A stretch of 53,510 bases of DNA from Deltaproteobacteria bacterium (lineage in GTDB: Bacteria; Desulfobacterota; GWC2-55-46), in assembly GCA_016213015.1 (NCBI GenBank), contig JACRCE010000013.1:1-53510 (forward strand), in the 5' to 3' direction. Positions 17,265-28,600 of this stretch are shown one piece after another. How positions within the stretch are numbered: position 1 is the first letter of the stretch; every line of letters begins with the position of its first letter. The notes under the pieces are model-generated. The model was not told the origin of the DNA, made no database searches, and worked only from the letters and a program-made list of their open reading frames with translations. A program made the position numbers and the translations under genes.

Positions 17265-18731
17265 ATGAAAAACGATATAAATATTGCGGGAAAGGCGGCC
17301 ATGTTTATCGCCTTGTTGTGCGTTGCGGTTTATCTCGCCGCTCCTCCGGCGGTCCATGCCTCGGACCCTCCGCACAGGTCGGATTCGGACCCGAACTGGT
17401 GCGCCAACTGCCACAAGCAGCATAACGCCCCTGGAGGGGACGTAACCGCGGCCGAAGGCAACCCGAACCTCTGCATGAGTTGCCATAACGTCGCGGGCAT
17501 TGCCAAGAACAAGCCCTTTGCCTCGGCTGATCTGGCGGTGCCGGGGACATCAGGCATATCCCACAGGTGGGATTCCGGGCCGGCAGGGTATGTAACATCA
17601 GGAGGAACAAACACGTCCACCGGCAAGGTCATATCCGGTCTGGTCGTATCAGGAGGACAGCCCGCTTACTTTACCGGACAGTCGGTCAGACTCTATGAGA
17701 TAAAAATAACATCACAGGGCGACGTCTCCTCGGCCGCGTTCGACTGGAAATACTCCGACGACGACGGCTCCGCATGGACGGTCGGGGGGTCCGGCGTTTT
17801 AACCGGCCAGGGCATAGTCTTGAACGACAACCTCAAGATGCTTTTCGTCAACGGCTGCACGTCTATCCCGTGCAGCCCGGCGTCATTTATTTTGAACGAC
17901 ACGTGGACGATAAAGGTGAGGCCCGGCATTACGTTCCCTGCTACGTTGGATCTGAGCAAGAGGATGTTCAAGGACCCGAACGCCCCCTATGACATACCGG
18001 ACATGGACACCGGCATAGGGGTGGTGCAGGGATCCACTTACGGGAAGGTGGTATGCTCTACCTGCCACAACCAACACCTCCAGACCAACGCGCCGCTTGA
18101 TCCGCTTGCGCCTTCGACATACGCGGGGGCGGGCACGAGCGCGGGGCGGCACTTCCAGAGGATCACCAACAGTTCCAACCAGATGTGCCTTGACTGTCAT
18201 TCGCCGAGGAGGATAAACAGCGTCAGGACGTGGACAGGCTCCAGATTGAGCCATCCGGTGGAGGTTGCCTTCCCAAGCTCCAATACCCCGACCCATTCCG
18301 TTCCAAAGGAGCCGGGCGGGGCCGCTGCACAAAGCTCCAAGACCGTATCGGGAAGCGCCACGTCCGCAGGCTCCACGACAACGCTTGCGGATACAAGCAA
18401 AAGCTGGGCCGATAATGAATTAGTCGGCATGACCGTAACCTTTACCTGTTGGTGCGCGAACGCCTCGTGCGCCAATACATCCTGCGTCAACAAGGGAGAG
18501 CAGAGGCAAATCACCACCAATACGGCCAATCAGATTACGTGGGCGAGCGCGCTTCCGAACGCGGTATCGCAAAACGACCGTTACACGATAGACGCTGACG
18601 GGAACCCGACCAACAACTTTCGCTACGACGACAACGGAACACCGAGTTTCACTCAAGGCAAGGTGCTCTGCATGAGTTGCCACAGTCCTCACTGGGCGGA
18701 CTCGAACCAAAACACCTATGACGGCTTATAG
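17265..18731 (+). CDS. Pentaheme c-type cytochrome with inserted non-heme domains
   Basis: Signal peptide ending AVHA; CANCH, CMSCH, CSTCH, CLDCH and CMSCH, with the paired CxxCHxxH...(L/M)CxxCH pattern. Confidence 0.93.
   Translation: MKNDINIAGKAAMFIALLCVAVYLAAPPAVHASDPPHRSDSDPNWCANCHKQHNAPGGDVTAAEGNPNLCMSCHNVAGIAKNKPFASADLAVPGTSGISHRWDSGPAGYVTSGGTNTSTGKVISGLVVSGGQPAYFTGQSVRLYEIKITSQGDVSSAAFDWKYSDDDGSAWTVGGSGVLTGQGIVLNDNLKMLFVNGCTSIPCSPASFILNDTWTIKVRPGITFPATLDLSKRMFKDPNAPYDIPDMDTGIGVVQGSTYGKVVCSTCHNQHLQTNAPLDPLAPSTYAGAGTSAGRHFQRITNSSNQMCLDCHSPRRINSVRTWTGSRLSHPVEVAFPSSNTPTHSVPKEPGGAAAQSSKTVSGSATSAGSTTTLADTSKSWADNELVGMTVTFTCWCANASCANTSCVNKGEQRQITTNTANQITWASALPNAVSQNDRYTIDADGNPTNNFRYDDNGTPSFTQGKVLCMSCHSPHWADSNQNTYDGL
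18683..18723 (+). repeat. 41-bp direct repeat, copy 1
   Basis: cagtcctcactgggcggactcgaaccaaaacacctatgacg, identical to 19598-19638. Confidence 0.97.
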
Positions 18732-18760
18732 ACGCAATCAATAGTTGAAAAGAGACTTTT

Positions 18761-19009
18761 ATGATAAACGATCCTGAAAGAAAGATTACAAAGGAAGATG
18801 CACAGGCGTTCAAAAAACGCTGGGAAGAGGTCAACGCCTTTGAATTGGAAGAGTTGAGGAACACCCCTCCAAGCCGCAAGATAAAGCAGCTTGCGGCATT
18901 GATGCGCTGGGGGAAGGACTTCGGATGGCACAATGCCTTGAAGGAAGGCGAGGATGTCGTAAGAGAGCGCTGGATCAAGCTAAACAGGATTTATCATGGC
19001 AGAAAATAA
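18761..19009 (+). CDS. Small hypothetical protein, probable partner of the adjacent nucleotidyltransferase
   Basis: 82-aa helical protein overlapping the downstream NTase gene; visibly more AT-rich than the flanks. Confidence 0.75.
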   Translation: MINDPERKITKEDAQAFKKRWEEVNAFELEELRNTPPSRKIKQLAALMRWGKDFGWHNALKEGEDVVRERWIKLNRIYHGRK

Positions 19010-19580
19010 TATTTTTGTCCCGCCATTTGATGTGTTACGAGACATCGCGGCATGGTTCAAGGAGGCGAATGTCCCCGGTATAGTGATCGGCGGCATAGCC
19101 GTATCTATATTGTCCCGTCCTCGCGTTACGCGGGACGTGGATAGCCTCATTCTATTGAACGATGAGGAGTGGGAAGGTTTTATAAAGTTAGGAGCAAGGT
19201 TTGGCTTTGTTCCACGGCTTCAAGGCGTTATGGATTTTGCCCGCAAATCAAGGGTGCTTTTGATGAAGCATTCCAAGGCTGACATTGATATTGATATCTC
19301 CGTCGGCGCCCTTCCTTTTGAAGTGGAAAGTGTCGAACGAGCCGTTTGGATTGACGTGGGCGGGGTTTCTCTTCCCCTCCCATCACCGGAAGATTTGATC
19401 ATCATGAAGGCGATTGCCCATAGGCCGATAGATATGACGGATATCCATTCAATCCTTGATGTGCATCCTGATATTGATTTCAGTAGAATCAGGCGGTGGG
19501 TCGGGGAGTTCTCAGCCATCCTCGAAATGCCTGAGATATATGACGATCTTGAAAGGATTTTAATCCAGAGGAAGAAATGA
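18996..19580 (+). CDS. Nucleotidyltransferase (AbiEii/DUF6036-like; TA-type)
   Basis: VIGGIAV...RVTRDVD Pol-beta-type motif and PEDLIIMKAIAHRPIDMTDI. Confidence 0.85.
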   Translation: MAENNIFVPPFDVLRDIAAWFKEANVPGIVIGGIAVSILSRPRVTRDVDSLILLNDEEWEGFIKLGARFGFVPRLQGVMDFARKSRVLLMKHSKADIDIDISVGALPFEVESVERAVWIDVGGVSLPLPSPEDLIIMKAIAHRPIDMTDIHSILDVHPDIDFSRIRRWVGEFSAILEMPEIYDDLERILIQRKK

Positions 19581-19597
19581 CTCCAAATTAGCCGCCG

Positions 19598-19638
19598 CAG
19601 TCCTCACTGGGCGGACTCGAACCAAAACACCTATGACG
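19598..19638 (+). repeat. 41-bp direct repeat, copy 2 (contains the ATG of the giant gene)
   Basis: Identical to 18683-18723. Confidence 0.97.
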
Positions 19639-22600
19639 ACGTGTAATACCCACATAAAAGGATACCTTCTCCTTTCGATTATCTTGGCCGTCTGCCTCAT
19701 GGGGCTTTACCATGCCTACGCTGACGACGGTAATATCTTAAGGAGGACCAACAAGGGGGATGACACCTGCGGCGGCGCGGCCAACGCCTGCCACAACGTA
19801 AAGGTGCACAACAGCGTAAATACCGGCTCCCTCAAATGGAGCGGGTCGGGCGGTTGGGGCATCGAGGGAGGCAGGTACGGCAAGTTCGTGTGCCAGACCT
19901 GTCATACGCCTCATAACACCAATAACATCTACCTGATAAGGGAGAAGATAAAATTTCCCGACGCCAGCGTCATGCCGTCGGGCCAGGTGGAAACCCCGGT
20001 TGATTATAGATATAAGAGCGCCACGGTAGGCACGCCTGAGGCCGACTATGCCAAAGGCAACGACGATGTCTCCGCATCGGGCCGCACGGCGGGCAACGGA
20101 CAGCCCGCCACATCATCCAGACCCTGCGAGGTCTGCCACAGCCAGACCAAGTACCACAGGTATAATACCGAGAGTCAGACCGGCGGATACAACCACAACA
20201 ACGCAAAAGACTGCGTAAAATGTCACAGCCACCAAAAGGGATTTGCCCATGCTTATGGCGCGGGCGGCGGCAAACTTGACGTCTGCATCCAGTGCCACGG
20301 CCATGACCCGGGGTATACATTTTCATACACGAGCATGGACGGCACGACGACGTCCACCATAACGAGCGAGGGCAGAGGAAACTATAGAGTCCACTCCACG
20401 CATACGGAAAACGACGCGGACGACAAGAGAGGCCCTAACGTCTTCTGCACCACCTGCCACGACCCGAACAACATGCCGACCTTCAAATCAGGCACGGATA
20501 TGGACGGCAACGGTTTATTCACCCTTAACGAGACCGATGTATGCGCCCAGTGCCACAGCGAGGGGGGGTTCTATAACGGCGTGAACTCCGACGCCGCCAC
20601 CGGCTCTGTCGGCGTTAAGGAGAACTTCAAGGCAACGAACGGGGACTATGCAAGGGGCGGGGTATACGACACGCTCTCCACCTATACTACCTACACGGGA
20701 AGCGCTGGCCTGCCGCCGGTTATTGTTTACGACTCGGACGGCACGCTCAAGACCGGCAAGGAGAAGTGGTGCGCCGGATGCCACGACGACGCGCCGCCGA
20801 CCATCAACGGCAAGACCGCGCCGATCATAGCCGGCGACAGTTCAACCTACGGCTTCTTTGTCAACGGCCACGGCAAGGAGAGCGGCAACTACAACAAGCT
20901 TTCATGGCAGGATTCAGCGGCAACCGGCAACCCGGCGGCGCAGAGGAAGTGCTACCAGTGCCACGATACGACCTTCACGCATATAGGCAACTCCGACTCC
21001 GGCACGCCTCGGAACAAACGCCTCAAGTGGTGGGATACGACTGAGTACAACAACAAGACCTGCAAGCAGTGCCATGACGACGAAAACGCCGGCGCCGTGG
21101 CAACGGCTGAACCAAAATGGTATACAACGTATGCCGGGTGGCAAAGTTCCGCGCATGGGTCAACGGCCAAGGGGAACCTTGAATGTACCAAATGCCATGA
21201 GCCCCACGGCATGGGCGGGACTAATAAGCCAGCCATGACCAGGGAGCTGCGCGAGAACCTGTGCTACAACTGCCACACCGGCGACACAGGATCATGGATG
21301 AACGTCGTGAACAACGCGATATCAGGGCCCACGACCGCCACGAGCATCGAGCAGGCCTTCGGTCTCGCGGGCACCAAGCACCCTGTGGCCGAATACAAGG
21401 CTTTCCAAAAGGACGGCCTGACCTACAACCTCACCTGCATCTCCTGCCATAACGTGCATCTTGTTACAGGCAGGTACTGGGAGGCTGACCAAGGAAAAAG
21501 CCCTCTTACGAGGTTTTCCAATAAGACGGCCGTATGGGGCGACAAGGCCGGGGAAAAGATGTCCGATTTTGCCGGAAGCGGGACCTACGAAACGCCGCTC
21601 TATGACGTTGAGTTAGGCTCAAACTTCAGGGCAAACGTCATGCCGGACTATCCGTCCTTCTGCCTGGACTGCCACTCAAGCTTCGGCGGGTCGGGGTACG
21701 AGACCAGCGGCATAGAGTGGAACAACAACCCCCACGGCAAGGGACAGGCCGGCGTCCCCAACCAATACGGCGGCCACAACTACTGGACGGTCGGGATGCA
21801 GGGGTTTGACGCCATAACGCCGGGTTTCAAGGCCAAGAGAGGCAGAGGCGGCAGGGACTTTAACTATGCCCCGTGGGATCCGGAGAGGCGCTACGCCGGT
21901 GCCAACTTCACACTGGCCTGCGTCAACTGCCACGAGGTTCACGGCAGCAATCAAAACAGGATGCTGAGACCGGAGATCGGCTCCGGCAACCCCTGTATAG
22001 AATGTCATTTTGATAAGAGCGAAAACATGGGCGGCGGCCTGTTCGGGTGCGGCTCCGCCTCATGCCATCAGACCACGGACATCCACCGGCTCGCCGTGGG
22101 GCAGAACACATCAGGCGTAACCGCGATCTTCGACCGGGAACATACGGTGGACATCAGATTCGAGTCGGTCCGCGGCGGCTCCGACGGGGCAAACGGCTTT
22201 GCCGATGCCACCACCTCGTTCTCCCACGCCAGGTTATTAGACATGGGGAACAAGTCGCCCCTCATCATGGTGAGCGCCACGGGGTCCATAGGAAGCGACC
22301 AGGTTACCGTGATATTCTCGAAAGGGGTATACACGGACATGGGCTCAACCGGGGCCTTGGTGGCTTCGGACTTTACCCTCACCGATACCGATAATTCAAG
22401 GACAATAACGGGCGTGTCCCATACGGCAGGGGGAACAACGGCCGTATTGACATTGAGCGCGCCCCTCGACGACGTGAGCGACATAGGTGTGGATACAATA
22501 GCCGCCGCAACCGGAACCTCGATTTACGATGAATTGGATATCCCCATGTCCGCCACAGGTGTCATAATAACCGCTACATCTCTTGCCATAAAAAGCATCG

Positions 22601-25600
22601 TTGCAAGCGACTCCGCCGGGGCCGACGGCATCCAGGCCGGGGATAAGGTGGTCTTAACGTTCTACCAGCCCACCCAGGGGAACGCCATTAACGCGTCGAA
22701 CATAGACACCGCCCTTGCCCTTTGGCCATTCCATACGTGGAAAGACGGGAGCGGCAATATCGGCAGCGCCGCATGGAACAACCCCACCAACGACACCCTG
22801 ACCATAACCCTCAGCGCCGCCGGCGGGGTCCCGACGGTAGCCTCCGCCGACGCGGTCACCATCGACGGAACCATCAAGACTTTGGCGGGCGCGGGTATAA
22901 CAGAATCCGCCCTCATATCCGGGACGTTTGACGTAGCAGGGAGCTTCGGCGGGTTGCTGGCCGGCGGCAGTGCGTGCTATGCCGGCGGCTGGTCCTGCGA
23001 GACATGCGACTGGCTGTCAACGGTCGCGTCGGTGCAGGCCAGGGTTGTCCCCGGCAAGGTCGGCAACGCGGTGCAGTTGGACGGGAACCAGTGCGTGGAA
23101 GTAGGCACGGATTCGTGCTACTCATCCACCGGCACCGCGCGCGCGACCGCCTCGGCTTACGAGTGGAAGAAGACCGGCACGGTAGAGGCATGGATATACC
23201 CGACGGAACTGACGGCAACGAGGTACGTCATTGCCTCCAACGAGCTGGATAACTACTATAACTACAGCCTTGAGATCACCAACGACTCAACCGACACAGA
23301 AAACGGACAACCGGCCGTATTTACGGACTACAGGCTGGTTTTCCGGTTCCACACGCCCACTGCGAGGGCGGTGTACAGCAGCCTGACCGTGCCGGTGAAC
23401 CAGTGGACCCACGTGGCTGCGGTCTATGACGCGGACGCCTATGACGGCAAGGTGGTAAAGATATACATGAACGGCAAGGACGTGACCGGGGTAACGACAT
23501 ACAGTTACGGCAGATTATTCTCCCAGCCTCCCAGTGGGACACTGCTGTATCCATCGTCGGGCGCCAACTCGTCCAACACGCAGGAGTTAATGATAGGCTG
23601 CGACCCCGGCATCATTGACTATAGACCCGGCTATAGCTACGGTTTGAGGCCCTTTGCCGGGTTCAAGGGCAAGATAGACGAGTTCAACCTGTGGAACATC
23701 GCCAGGACGCCGGACCAAATCGCCCAGGACTGCGGCGCGCCGAGGATAGTCAGCGCAACCGGCGCCATAGGGAGCGCCCAGGTCACGGTGACCTTCTCGG
23801 AAGGGGTATACACGTCCACGGGCGCAACCGGGGCCTTGCTCCCTTCGGACTTTGCCCTCACCGATACCGATAATTCAAGGACAATAACCGGCGTGTCCCA
23901 TACGGCGGGGGGAACAACGGCCGTATTGACATTAAGCGCGCCCCTCGACGCCGTGAGCGACATAGACGTGGACACCCTCGCCGCCGCAACCGGAAGCTCG
24001 ATTTACGATGCCGGGGATATCCCCATGGACACCAGGGCCACGGTAATAACCGGCGTTTCTCCTTCCATAAGGAGCGTCATTGCAAGCGACGCGGGCGGGG
24101 CCAACGGCATACAGGCCGGGGACAAGGTGGTCATAAAGTTCTACCAGGCCACCCAGGGCAACACCATTGACAATGGGAACATAAACACCGCCCTTGCCCT
24201 TCCGAACGGCCATACATGGAACGACTGGAGCGGCAATATCGGTAGCGCCTCATGGAACAGCCCAACCAACGACACCCTTACCATAACCCTCAGCGCAACC
24301 TCCGGCGTCCCGACCGTGGCCCCCGGCGACATGGTCACCCTCGGCGGGACCATAAAGAGTTCGGGGGGCGCGGACATGATAGACGCCCACGTCATATCCG
24401 GGACCTTTGACGCTGGGAACTTCGGCGGGCTGCCGTCCGGCGCGGTCGCGTATTACAACATGGTCGAAGGCGCCGGGCTTACTGCCCACGACACCAGCGG
24501 AAACGGCAACGATGCAACCCTGAAAAACGGGGTCGCCTGGACGGGGGGCCGCGCGGGCACGGTCCCCAACAACGCTGTCTCCCTTAACGGCGGCAACAAT
24601 TTCCTGGAGGCTCCCGACTCCAATTCCCTCGACCTGACCGACCAGGGGACCATAGAGGTCTGGGCAAAGAAGAACTCCAACAGGACATACCAGGCATATG
24701 TCGGCAAATACGCCTTCTCCGGGAGTCCCCTGGACTATTACGGCTACATGCTCGGTGACGCCAACGGCCAGATATCGCTGCGATGGGGCAGGCCACAAAT
24801 AAGCGAGAGGGACCCCTGGGTTTCCGGGACTGACTATTACGAGCCGGAGGTAAAGGGCGCGGACTACAGGTATTATAAAGCCGGCCCCGAAGACTCGCTT
24901 ATAAGCGATTGCGAAACCGCACCCGTGGGGCAATGGAACCATATCCTCGCCACCTACGACGGGGCAACGATGAAGATATTCCTGAACGGCCGCCTGATAA
25001 AGACCGGCAGCTACGTTAAAGCGGCCGTCGCCAACCCCTATCCCTTGAGGATCGGCGCCAGCGGCAGCGGAGGCGATTCATCCTATGAAAACGCCCTTGA
25101 CGGTGCGGTGGACGAGGCCGTTGTCTACAACCGCGCGCTTACCAACGACGAGGCCAGGGAGAGGTTCGGCGCGGCCGTACAGCCGAGCGGCGCCATTGCC
25201 TCCGACGTCGGCGGGGCTGACGGCATCCAGACCGGGGACAAGGTGGTGGTCAAGTTCGACGGCCCGACCAACGGGGCGGTTACAACGGCGAACATCGGCA
25301 CGGTCTTGTCGTTGAACAACGGCCATTCATGGGGCGCGGTACAAAGCGCTGTATGGTCAACCAAGGTATTCAGCAACGACACGCTTACGGTTACCCTCTC
25401 GTCGGGCGCCACGATCGACAAGGGAGACGTCATCACCACGGACGGCACGGTCATCAAAGACCGCAAGGGGAACGCCATAAGCGCCACGGTAAGCGTGAGC
25501 GGCAGGTTCAGCCCGTTGTCGAGCGGAGTGGTTGCCTACTATGACTTCAACGAGGGCACGGGCAACGTTGTCCATGACCTGACACCGAACGGGCTCGACG

Positions 25601-28600
25601 GCATCGCAATCGGCGGGGCTTCATGGATACCGGGCAGGAACGGCCAAGGCTATGCCCTTGATCTGGACGGCTCCAGCGGCTACGTGAGCGTGTCCGAGTG
25701 CGGCGACACCCCTCTTGACCTGATCAACAAAGGCACCTTCGAGTTCTGGCTGAAGAAAGACAGCCAGCCATGGAGTACCACGCGCATTGTCAGCAAGGGG
25801 GATGGGACTGTAACACCCGACTATCCGCGCGGCACATTAGGCTACGATTTCTATACGTACAGCAGCAGTGGCGTGGGGCTGAGTCTGACATGGGGCGGCG
25901 AGGGCGGCTCCAGCTCTACCTACAGCGATCCCTATCTGGACATTAACGGCGAGTGGAGGCACGTCGTTGCAACTTATGACGGAGGAAACGCCAGGTTCTA
26001 CGTGGACGGCCAACCGGTCGGCGCCGGCGGCATGTCAGCAGGCGGAGTGAAAAGCAATGCCCCGGTCCTGTTCGGCGTTGACAGCGGCCTGACCAGCTAT
26101 CTGGACGGCGCGATAGACGAGGCCATCATTTACAACAGGGCGCTTACCGGCGACGAGGTGAGGGAGAGCTCCGGAATCCCCTGGAAGATGAAGACAGCGG
26201 TTGCCTACGACATGGGCGGCGCAAGCGGCATACAGACAACGGACAAGGTCGTCATAACCTTTGACGGCCCGACCCAGGCAAACAGCATAAACGCGGGCAA
26301 CATAGACGCCGTATTGAGCCTGTCAAACGGCCATACGTGGAAGAGCGGCAACGGCGGCCTGGGAAACGCGGCATGGAGCACAAAGACGTTCACAAACGAC
26401 ACATTGACGATTATTTTCAGCGATGCTGGCGGCGCGCCGAATGCAGCGGTCGGCGACACCATCACCCTTGACGGCGTTACCATAACCGACCACAAGGCCC
26501 GTCCGGTCCCGGTCGGTTCGGTCGTCGTTTCAGGCACATTCGGCCCGCTCTCCGCTGATATTGTCGGTTACTGGAACTTTACCGAGGGGAGCGGCACAGC
26601 CGCCAACGACTCTTCCGTCTACGGCAACCACGGCGCTCTCAGGGGTGACGCAGGCTGGACAACGGGCCAGGCCGACGGCGCCATATCGCTTGACGGCAGC
26701 GGCGCTTACGTCAACGTCAATGACTCCAATTCATTAGATCTCTCGACACGCGAGTACTACGCCATAAAGGCGCTTTCATCCACAAAGGCCTGGGCCGTGG
26801 GCCAGAGCGGCGCCATTGCGGAAGGCACGCGCACGGGCACGGACTTTAACCTGAACTGGACGGCTTCTTCCTCCAGCCCGACTACGAACCATCTCTATTC
26901 AATAGACTCGGCCTCGGCCACGGAGATGTGCGCGGTCGGCATGAACGGCACGATACTCTGGTACAACGGCTCGTCGTGGGGGGCTTCGTCTTGGACGAGC
27001 CCGGTCACGACAGACCTCTATTCAGTAGATATGCTCTCGGCTACGAGCGGCTGGGCCGTGGGCAAGAACAACGTCATCATCCGGTTCAACGGCTCAACAT
27101 GGTCGCAGGTATCCATAAGCTCGCCCACCGCTACGTGGTCGCTCAAGTCCGTGAAGATGCTGTCCGCCTCCGAAGGCTGGGCGGTCGGCGGCGACAACAT
27201 CGCCACGGCAGTAATCCTCAAGTGGAATGGAACCAACTGGACGGAGTTCTATACGACCACGGCCATCAACATGCTCAATTCCATTGACATGCTCTCATCC
27301 ACCGAGGGCTGGGCAGTGGGGATCAGCGGCAAGATATTGAAGTTTGACGGGACAAGCTGGACGGAATTCACAAGCCCGACGCCTTATGACCTCTATTCAG
27401 TGAAGGCAATCTCAACCACGGAGGCGCTGGCCGTGGGGGCGAACAGGACCATCCTGAAGTTCAAGGACACGGCATGGACAATCAACTCCAATATCGCCGA
27501 GGTTACAGGCTATCCTATTCTCAGGTCGGTGGAATCGTATATCCTGAACCCCACAGAGATATACTACTCTGGAGGCATCCCATACATTGAAGAAAAGAGA
27601 TGGGAGTACGCGGCCGGAGACGCCAGCACGATAATAGAGCACAGCGCAGGGACATTCCTGTCCGGCTCCCAGGCGGGGCAGGATACAGATTATTCATGGC
27701 ATGGCCGCGACGCAGGCGGCTACGGCGGCGCGACCTTTGAGGTATGGGCGTGGAAGAACTCCAACAAGTACGACCAGACCTATCTGGCCAAGCAGTACCC
27801 TGACTCCACCGCCGCCGCCCCGATAAACTACAGGGTCAAGGACGAAGGCAGCACGGGCAAGCCCGCCTTTACAGTGGGCAGGGATTCGAACCAGGCAAAC
27901 CCGGTTGTCTGCTCCGACGTTGCTCCGGTGGGTCAGTGGAACCATATCGTCGCTACAGGCACATCCACCCTGAAGATATACCTGAACGGCCAGCTCTGCG
28001 GCACGGGTACAGCCGGTCCGAGAGGCACGAGTTCTACATACCCGCTGGTGATAGGCACGGGGTATTACGGAGGCGCTGATTTCGACGGCAAGATAGACCA
28101 TGTAACCATCTATAACCGGACGCTCTCCGGGGACGAGGTGTGGGCCAAATACGGCTCCAACTCCGTAAGCTTCAAGAGCGCCGTGGCGGACGACAACAGC
28201 AGCGGCGGCTCCGGCATACAGGCCGGAGACAAGGTAATCATAACCTTTAACGGGCCCACACAAGGTACAGCCGTCTCCTCCGCCAATATCAACACAGTCC
28301 TGAACGCGGCTGGCAAGACATGGCTTGACGGGAACGGCGGCGTTTCAGCCGTGTGGAGCACAACCGCCTTCACCAACGATACCCTGACCATAACGCTAAG
28401 CGCCACAGGCGGGGCGCCAACCGTAGCCGTGGGCGATACCATAACCTTGAGCGGCCTATATGACTCCCTCGGCAGGGCCATGACCGGCACGATTGCCGTA
28501 GCCGGAAGTTTCGGGACCGACACCTACGGCTGGACACTCGACACCTACTCGGAATGGACGGCAGGGTCCCTCATATCCGCAAAGCCCGCCAAAGACAACT

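Noticed and set aside
22996-23010. Additional heme site CETCD in the giant protein
   Set aside because: It lacks the His (GAC rather than CAC) and lies in a Cys-rich LamG-adjacent segment; a disulfide or a relic is more likely.
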